From: a virus
Lineage: Duplodnaviria; Caudoviricetes
DNA: 29,941 nucleotides
Strand: one strand, 5' to 3'
IMG/VR virus record: IMGVR_UViG_3300030606_000037
Location: 1 to 29,941 of that record
Below the pieces are notes generated by a model. It did no database searches, was not told the origin of the DNA, and saw only the letters and a list, made by a program, of their open reading frames with translations. The position numbers and the translations under genes were made by a program. Positions 24,225 to 29,941 of this stretch are shown here, in pieces. Each line of letters begins with the position of its first letter. Within the stretch, counting starts at the first letter, position 1.

Positions 24225-25792
24225 TTCACTACCCTCATCGGTCGGTCTTCGTCTTCCGGATCCTCGTCGGCGGGATCAGGTTCGGCCGGCTTGGCCGCGG
24301 CCGGTTGCTTTTGCTCGTAGGCCTCTGGGTCCGTGTCGAACTTGAGCCCCTTCTCCTTGGCGTTCTGGAGCTCCTGCTCTCGCTCTTCGTCGACGTCCTC
24401 GATGTCGTCGCCGCCGCCGGTGGCCGCGATGACCTTCGTGCGGGTCGTGAGACCGGCCTTGATCGCCTCTTTGAAGGCGGTGACTTCCTTCGTCGGGTCG
24501 ACCCAGGACCAGCCGCGGGGCTTGTATTTGACGGATTCGAACTTCTCGCGGTTGGTCGCGTATTCCTGGACCGCGACGCCGGGAATGGCGCGCGCCAGCA
24601 CGGCCTGCTGTAGCCACGCGCGGTGCACTTCATCTCGGAATGCCCGGATGAACCACATCTGCAGCACGCGCCACAGGTCCCTGTCGTCCAGCAGAGCCAG
24701 CCGGCTCGACGAGTAGTTGCTCTGCGAGTAGTCGCGCGACAGCGACTCGTAGCTGACGCCCGTGCCCGCGGCGACCTCGCGCAGCATGTAGCGCATGAAC
24801 GGATCGAGCGCCGAGTTCGGCCGGTTCGGCGTAAAGAAGCTGAACTTCTTGCCCGGCGGCGGCCGCAGGATGATGCCGGGCGCGATCTCGGTCTCGAAGG
24901 TGCCGTCTTCCTGCTTTTCTGCACCCATGTCGAGCGGGTCGGCGCTATCGTACGAGCCAAGGTAATTCGCCGCGCCGCGGGCAGCGACGAGCTCAGCCTC
25001 CGAGTAGCCGTCCATGTCATTGAGCTTCCGCGCCACGGCGTGCAGCCACGGGATCCCTCGCGTCTGCGGCCAGCGCTCGACGACCCGAAGATGGATCATC
25101 TCGTTCGCGGGGATCCGCCGAATTTCCTCGCTCGAATATCTCGACTGACCGGCCGGATAGTGGAAATCGGACGGGTGCCGGTCTCTCACCCAATAGGCAA
25201 TCGGGCGGTAGTAGGGGTCGACCTCGATCCCCATCCGAATTTCGTTCGCGCTGCCGACGACGTGCGGATGGATGCCGTGAGGCACGCGCTCGGACTCGAT
25301 GAGCTCTAGCGCGAACGGCACGTCTGAGCCCCCGAAGGGCTGCCGGTGCATGCGGATAAAAACTTCGCCGGCCTCGAACACTTCGCTCATGAGCGCTCGC
25401 TCGAGGTCGGAGAAGTGAAGGCCGCCACCTGTGTGGCAGAATTCGGCCCGATTCCAGCGCTTCCACACTTCCTCGATCGACGTGTTGACCTTGGTCATCA
25501 GCCGATTGCGCGTGCTCTTGACCTGCGCCTGCAGGCCCATGCCGCCGCCGATGACGTTGTTCACGACCACGACACGCGCACGCTTGGCGTATGCCGAGTC
25601 GCGGGTCAGCGCCCGAGACCGCGCGCGGAGGTTCGTCAGGCTCGAGCGAATCTCGGTGTCGGCGCTGCTGGTGGCGGTCACCCAGCCGGACGTGAGCCTG
25701 GAGGGCTGGGCCGCCGAGTACACGCGCTGCACGGGCACGGGCGGGCTGTCCGTCTTCGAGAAGACGGACTTGAGCCAGTCGAGGGCCTTCAC
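24221..25792 (-). CDS. portal protein, lambda gpB family (523 aa)
   Basis: LRARSR.L.R, GEVF, QTRGIPWL, GVSYESLSRDYSQSNYSSSR, WVDPTKE. Confidence 0.95.
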   Translation of the reverse strand: MKALDWLKSVFSKTDSPPVPVQRVYSAAQPSRLTSGWVTATSSADTEIRSSLTNLRARSRALTRDSAYAKRARVVVVNNVIGGGMGLQAQVKSTRNRLMTKVNTSIEEVWKRWNRAEFCHTGGGLHFSDLERALMSEVFEAGEVFIRMHRQPFGGSDVPFALELIESERVPHGIHPHVVGSANEIRMGIEVDPYYRPIAYWVRDRHPSDFHYPAGQSRYSSEEIRRIPANEMIHLRVVERWPQTRGIPWLHAVARKLNDMDGYSEAELVAARGAANYLGSYDSADPLDMGAEKQEDGTFETEIAPGIILRPPPGKKFSFFTPNRPNSALDPFMRYMLREVAAGTGVSYESLSRDYSQSNYSSSRLALLDDRDLWRVLQMWFIRAFRDEVHRAWLQQAVLARAIPGVAVQEYATNREKFESVKYKPRGWSWVDPTKEVTAFKEAIKAGLTTRTKVIAATGGGDDIEDVDEEREQELQNAKEKGLKFDTDPEAYEQKQPAAAKPAEPDPADEDPEDEDRPMRVVK

Positions 25793-26301
25793 GGTCTGCC
25801 GAACCTGATGAAGACGCGATCGGCGCCGCCGCCGGCGTCATTGGCGGCCGCGATCTTGAACCGATCGTAGGCCTTGAGGAGATCGTCCCAGCTCATGCGC
25901 GAAAGCGACTGCCCCGCAATCGTGAACGACAGGTGGTCATTGGTCGCTCGTCCCTCGATCACGGCCTGCAGGGCCTCGAACGCCCGCTGGTTGAAACTGC
26001 GGTGGTCGATGGCCTCGTTGGCCAGGTTCGGTTCGACCTCGAGCTCGCCCGAGGCGATCGTCTTGACTGTGCTGCCATCGGTGACCCTCGCTATCCACTC
26101 GTACGAGCCGTGCTTGTAGCCGCCGGTCGTCGCCGCATCGACCGAGACCGCGTGATCGTCGCCGTCGGCAGACGCGGCCACGCTGAACTTCGCGGGCCCG
26201 CTGAAGTAGTAGGTCAGCGTCCAGGTCGACGCCGGATAGTCGCCAAGGCTATCCGTCCAGCTCCACGTGTCGCCGGCCGTGAGTGACTGCGGGATGTTCA
26301 T
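25789..26301 (-). CDS. head-tail joining protein (gpW-like C-terminus with N-terminal extension), 170 aa
   Basis: ATG 26301 overlaps the upstream stop; P.SLTAGDTWSW N-terminus; SFTIAGQSLSRMSWDDL; directly precedes the portal gene. Confidence 0.75.
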   Translation of the reverse strand: MNIPQSLTAGDTWSWTDSLGDYPASTWTLTYYFSGPAKFSVAASADGDDHAVSVDAATTGGYKHGSYEWIARVTDGSTVKTIASGELEVEPNLANEAIDHRSFNQRAFEALQAVIEGRATNDHLSFTIAGQSLSRMSWDDLLKAYDRFKIAAANDAGGGADRVFIRFGRP

Positions 26302-26954
26302 CGCTGCGTGGCGAACCTTTTGTAGAGCTTGTCGTAGACCGCCCCGAGCGCGGCGAACCGTTGCTGATCCGTCATTCGCTTGTGCTCGAGATCGTCGATC
26401 ACGACGTGTAGTCGATCTAGGATTTCTCGATCCTCCGCGCTCGGGACGCGCGACTGGAACCATGTCACGGAGACGAATCGTTCGCCCTTCGTGACCGGGA
26501 GCACCCAATGCGGGCGCCAGCACTCGTACACGACCGCGTGACCCGGCGGCGCCTTGACCCTGGCGTGCAGCCCGTTCGGCATCACGCCGTCGATGCAGAG
26601 CTCGCCGCCCTCGTAATCGTCGTTCAGGAACAGCGTCATCGCGAGATCGGTGCGGACCGTTCCCATGTAGGCCGAGTCGGCGTGCACCTGGTACTGCCCG
26701 CCCTCGCCGTAGCGGCTGAAGCGCGGGGCGTAGGCCGACTCGAGGAACTCCCGCTGATAGAGCGGGCTATCGATCACGGCCTTCATGATGGCGTCGAGGT
26801 GCGGCCGCGCCGCTTCGCAGTCGTTGCGGAGCTCCTGGGTGACTTTCACGCCGTCGTTGCCGCGCGCCGTCTTGCCTTCCGTCCATTGCTGGTCCCGAAT
26901 CGCCGCCACGATCTCGGCGCAGCGCGCGGGAGCCAGGAGCGGATACAACCTCAT
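26298..26954 (-). CDS. 2OG-Fe(II) dioxygenase, PKHD-type hydroxylase (YbiX/PiuC-like), 218 aa
   Basis: W.EGK.TA, PRFSRY, HAD, RTDLAMTLFL..DYEGGEL, H.VLPVTKGER.VSVTWFQS.V; HxD...H triad plus Arg. Confidence 0.92.
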   Translation of the reverse strand: MRLYPLLAPARCAEIVAAIRDQQWTEGKTARGNDGVKVTQELRNDCEAARPHLDAIMKAVIDSPLYQREFLESAYAPRFSRYGEGGQYQVHADSAYMGTVRTDLAMTLFLNDDYEGGELCIDGVMPNGLHARVKAPPGHAVVYECWRPHWVLPVTKGERFVSVTWFQSRVPSAEDREILDRLHVVIDDLEHKRMTDQQRFAALGAVYDKLYKRFATQR

Positions 26955-26958
26955 GCGA

Positions 26959-29034
26959 TCACCATTGCGTCGTCCAATTCCTCCGCTTCGGGGGCTTCCG
27001 TGGTTTCGAATCGTCGTCGGCGACGACCTCGCGTTCGACGCGGTCCTCGATCGGGCGCGCCCATTCCGGCGGCTTGTCCCACTTGATCGTTTCGGCCTTC
27101 AGGATGATGCAGGCTGCCCGGTTGTACGCGTGCAGGTCGAATGCCTCGTTCGGAGCGCTCGTCGCCCGCTCCCATCCCTTCGCGGTCCGCGTCTCGGCCG
27201 TGATCTCGGTGAAGTACTCCGGGTCCAGCCAGTCGGGCAGATGCACGAATCCCGGCCCGTACTCCTCGCGGCCGAGATCCCCAGCGACGCCGTCCTTGAT
27301 CTGGTTGACGTTGAGCAACCACACCGGCACGTCGCCGCGGCCGGCCTGGCGATCCTTGCGCGCGCGGGCATCCGGATACGTGAGCGCCGTGCGCTGCGCG
27401 TTCAGGTTGCCGACGCCCTTGACCAGCATGAACAGCTTACCCAGGCCCTTCGCGCGCATCGTCCGCCAGTAGCGGTATGCCTTGTCCGTCACGCCGTCTC
27501 GGCCACCGGAGTCGCAGAGCACGAGCACCGGCTTGAGCTCGATCTCCGTGTCGACGACGCGATAGCGCTTCGCGACGACCTTATCCTCGAGGATGAACCA
27601 ATCCTCGACGTACGCCGCCGGGTCGAGTACCGCAAAGCCGTCTTCCTCTTCACGCCGGCTGCGGCTGATCGTGAACCGCTCGATGAGCCACGACTCGAGC
27701 CCGACGCCCCATCCCATGACGTGCACGACGAAGCGGTGCGCCTGGACGTCGACGGCCGCCGTGAGAAACCGAACGCCGGCTGGAATGGCTCCGCGCGGCC
27801 AGGATTCGAGCCGCTCCATGAACTCCTCCGGTGTCCGGCGTTTCGCGGCAGCGCGCGGCATGTACGGCGCGCCCTGGTCCTGATAAGTCGTGTTTCGCAG
27901 CGGAGATTCGTCGCCGGTGCGCACGTACGTCAGGACCGCCTGCAGGTACTTGTGGAGCAATCCGTCCCAGCGCTGATACGGTGCGGCGGCGCCGCCGAGC
28001 CAGTAGCTCGCGTAGGGCGTCCCGCGGCGCTCACCTTCGACCGTGCCGTCCGCGCGCACCGTTTGCCCCTCGTGGATCCACACGCCGCGCAGATTCATTT
28101 CGCGCCGATGCGTCATATCGGCCGCGGCGCCACAGTGCGGGCAGATCACCTTCGCGTAGCGCGCCGCGATCGACATCACGTCCTCGGCCAGCACGAGCTT
28201 CGTGAGTTCCTTAAACTCCGGCAGCGCAAACGGCTTTAAGCCGGGAGTCGGCTCCCAATACTCGCCACAGTGGACGCACGGCCAGTACCACCGCGCGCGC
28301 GTGCCCATGTTGTAGAGCGACAGGATCCCGTCCGCCGGCGGCGCTTCGTGCGCGGTCTGCGCTCGCCACTTCGGGTCGTCGTAATCCTCGCCCGGCGAGC
28401 TCTCGGCGAGGCACTTGCCGCGGCTCATGTACGTCTGGATCCGCTTGTACGCGAGGTCCCACAGCGTCCCCTCGCCGCTCACGTTGTCGCGGTTCTCCGG
28501 CCGGTCGTAGTCGGTGAGCAGGACGTACTTGATCGTCTTGCTCGAGAGCTGGCTGACCGCCGGCCAGCCGAGCTTGAGCACCATGCCCGACCGGAAGAAC
28601 TTGTCGTACGTGTTGTCGTCGCGCGCCCGCGGGCTCAACCGCCGTGCGAGCTCGGGGCTGTGCCGGATGACGCGATCGACTTCCATGCGGCTGAAGTCGC
28701 GCGCCGCATCCTGCGACATCTGCACGACCAACGTGTCGCCCGGCGCGCACGTGACGACGTACGACACGGCCGCATGGATCAGACTGAAGGTCTTACCCGT
28801 GCGCGCCGGGCCCACGAACATGATGCCGGTGTACTCACGGCCCGCGATCAGATCGAGCGGCTCGACCATCATCGGCGCCTTGGCCGCCGCCCAGGGTCCA
28901 CGATCGTTCGACAGGTACTCGGTCGCCGCCTCGCTCGGCCTCAGCCGCCGCGGCGGCCGCACGAGCTCGGCGACGCCGCGCGTAACGTCGCGCGCTCGCG
29001 CGTACGGCGCGCTCAGGCATCCCAAGATCGCCAA
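26959..29034 (-). CDS. terL: terminase large subunit, lambda gpA family (start uncertain)
   Basis: Walker A GPARTGKT, LTDYD, ESSP, CVHC/CPHC, LTAAVDVQ, DSGG, NEAFDL. Confidence 0.95.
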   Translation of the reverse strand: MAILGCLSAPYARARDVTRGVAELVRPPRRLRPSEAATEYLSNDRGPWAAAKAPMMVEPLDLIAGREYTGIMFVGPARTGKTFSLIHAAVSYVVTCAPGDTLVVQMSQDAARDFSRMEVDRVIRHSPELARRLSPRARDDNTYDKFFRSGMVLKLGWPAVSQLSSKTIKYVLLTDYDRPENRDNVSGEGTLWDLAYKRIQTYMSRGKCLAESSPGEDYDDPKWRAQTAHEAPPADGILSLYNMGTRARWYWPCVHCGEYWEPTPGLKPFALPEFKELTKLVLAEDVMSIAARYAKVICPHCGAAADMTHRREMNLRGVWIHEGQTVRADGTVEGERRGTPYASYWLGGAAAPYQRWDGLLHKYLQAVLTYVRTGDESPLRNTTYQDQGAPYMPRAAAKRRTPEEFMERLESWPRGAIPAGVRFLTAAVDVQAHRFVVHVMGWGVGLESWLIERFTISRSRREEEDGFAVLDPAAYVEDWFILEDKVVAKRYRVVDTEIELKPVLVLCDSGGRDGVTDKAYRYWRTMRAKGLGKLFMLVKGVGNLNAQRTALTYPDARARKDRQAGRGDVPVWLLNVNQIKDGVAGDLGREEYGPGFVHLPDWLDPEYFTEITAETRTAKGWERATSAPNEAFDLHAYNRAACIILKAETIKWDKPPEWARPIEDRVEREVVADDDSKPRKPPKRRNWTTQW

Positions 29035-29039
29035 GGCAG

Positions 29040-29840
29040 TCAGCCGGCCTGACTGTCTTGATCGCCTTCGAGCGACCAGGCCCAGCCCTTGCCGGCGCGC
29101 TTCGCCGCGATCGGCATCTTCGCCTTCGCGCGTCGCAGCGACGTCTCGGAGATCCCGGCAGCCTGCGCCTCGGCGATGAGCTCAGCCGCTGCGCGCGGGC
29201 CCTCGCGCAGCGCGACGATCAGGAAGTCGGCCGCGGCATCGGCTGTCGTGGGCTCGCGTGGCGCGGTCACTTGACGTTTCGCGTCTGAATCCGCGGGCTG
29301 CTTGACGCGTTTCTCGCGAAACGCCTCCGCCGGCTCCTCGACGACGTCGTCGCCCTCGCCGGCGGCGCTGAGGCGCTCGTACATCGCTTCGCGGACCTCG
29401 TCCACGGTCTGCTCGATCCGCTCGAGCTGCTGCGGCGTCGCGCCGCAGTCGCGCTCGAGGATGTCCGGCAGCGTGTCGAAGAACTCGACCGCGATCTTCA
29501 GCACGCCGGCGAGCTCCTGCTCGAGCTCGAGAGCCGGCACGACCTCGCCTCGGCGCTGACGCACTCTGAGCTCGATCTCGTCGGCCTGCACGCGGGCGCG
29601 CCTCTGAAACTGATTCTCAGTCGAGAACGCTGAGAACAAATCGGCGATTCGGTAGTAGCGCCGCCCCTTGTTCTCGACAACCGCGTCTATCCCGGCCGCG
29701 ACGACACGGGTCTTGATGCTCGTGGCGTCGCCCCCGACCCACGTCGCGAACCTGTTGATGGTCGCGATGTCCTGTTCGTCGATCGCCGGTGATGCACCAG
29801 GCAGCATGTCGAGTTGTGGTGCAGCTGATCCGTGAGCCAT
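29040..29840 (-). CDS. terS: terminase small subunit (Nu1/DUF1441-like) with an extra C-terminal HTH-like domain, 266 aa
   Basis: Upstream of terL; N-terminal HTH (TINRFATWVG..ATSIKTRV...YYRIADL); RGEVVP...DTLPDILERDCG.TP. Confidence 0.85.
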   Translation of the reverse strand: MAHGSAAPQLDMLPGASPAIDEQDIATINRFATWVGGDATSIKTRVVAAGIDAVVENKGRRYYRIADLFSAFSTENQFQRRARVQADEIELRVRQRRGEVVPALELEQELAGVLKIAVEFFDTLPDILERDCGATPQQLERIEQTVDEVREAMYERLSAAGEGDDVVEEPAEAFREKRVKQPADSDAKRQVTAPREPTTADAAADFLIVALREGPRAAAELIAEAQAAGISETSLRRAKAKMPIAAKRAGKGWAWSLEGDQDSQAG

Positions 29841-29902
29841 TTTTTTGCGCTAGCGTTAGTTAGTCATGCTATCTAATAGCATTAGAAAACCTGTCTGTCT
29901 TA

Positions 29903-29941
29903 GGGGCCGGAAAACTGTCGAAAACCGCGCGCGGCGTCGCT
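29903..29941 (-). other. cos-like packaging-initiation sequence
   Basis: The minus strand reads AGCGACGCCGCGCGCGGTTTTCGACAGTTTTCCGG, similar to the lambda left end GGGCGGCGACCTCGCGGGTTTTCGC...TTTTCCGG, about 100 bp upstream of terS. Confidence 0.6.

Noticed and set aside
13718-29052. Many long plus-strand ORFs opposite the late genes (e.g. 13718-15697, 18248-19285, 26785-28239)
   Set aside because: Antisense shadows expected from strong GC3 bias; no motifs or RBS support.
12400-29800. Abundance of TCGA/CGCG-containing words
   Set aside because: Plausibly explained by codon junctions (NTC-GAN) in GC3-rich genes; cannot be called significant without a codon-shuffled control.
1-29941. CRISPR array, diversity-generating retroelement, retron or IS element
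   Set aside because: No regularly spaced repeats, reverse transcriptase, template/variable repeat pair or transposase was seen by eye.

Overview
The window is part of a GC-rich, lambda-like siphovirus genome, apparently in its non-integrated form, with two convergent arms. The + strand (1-10917) carries early and accessory genes: a RecE-like exonuclease, an HNH endonuclease, a Sak4-like ATPase, an SF2 helicase paired with an amino-methyltransferase, an attP-like 3' half of tRNA-Glu with no adjacent integrase, a J-domain protein, a Lar-like protein and many small ORFs. The - strand (29840-11094) carries the late operon: terS, terL, a PKHD-type 2OG-Fe(II) hydroxylase, a head-tail joining protein, portal, a protease-capsid fusion, tail genes with a -1 frameshift, a short tape measure, a J-like tail tip, an M15 endolysin and four membrane proteins. 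A lambda cos-like sequence sits at the right edge. The most notable observation is a complete tRNA-Gly(UCC) gene (9699-9772) nested on the same strand inside the 3' end of a probable Mom-like GNAT gene (9266-9805). This suggests a DNA-hypermodification enzyme that encodes its own glycyl-donor tRNA. A ~150-nt multi-stem candidate ncRNA lies at the junction of the two arms. All assignments are from motif recognition by eye; no searches were run.
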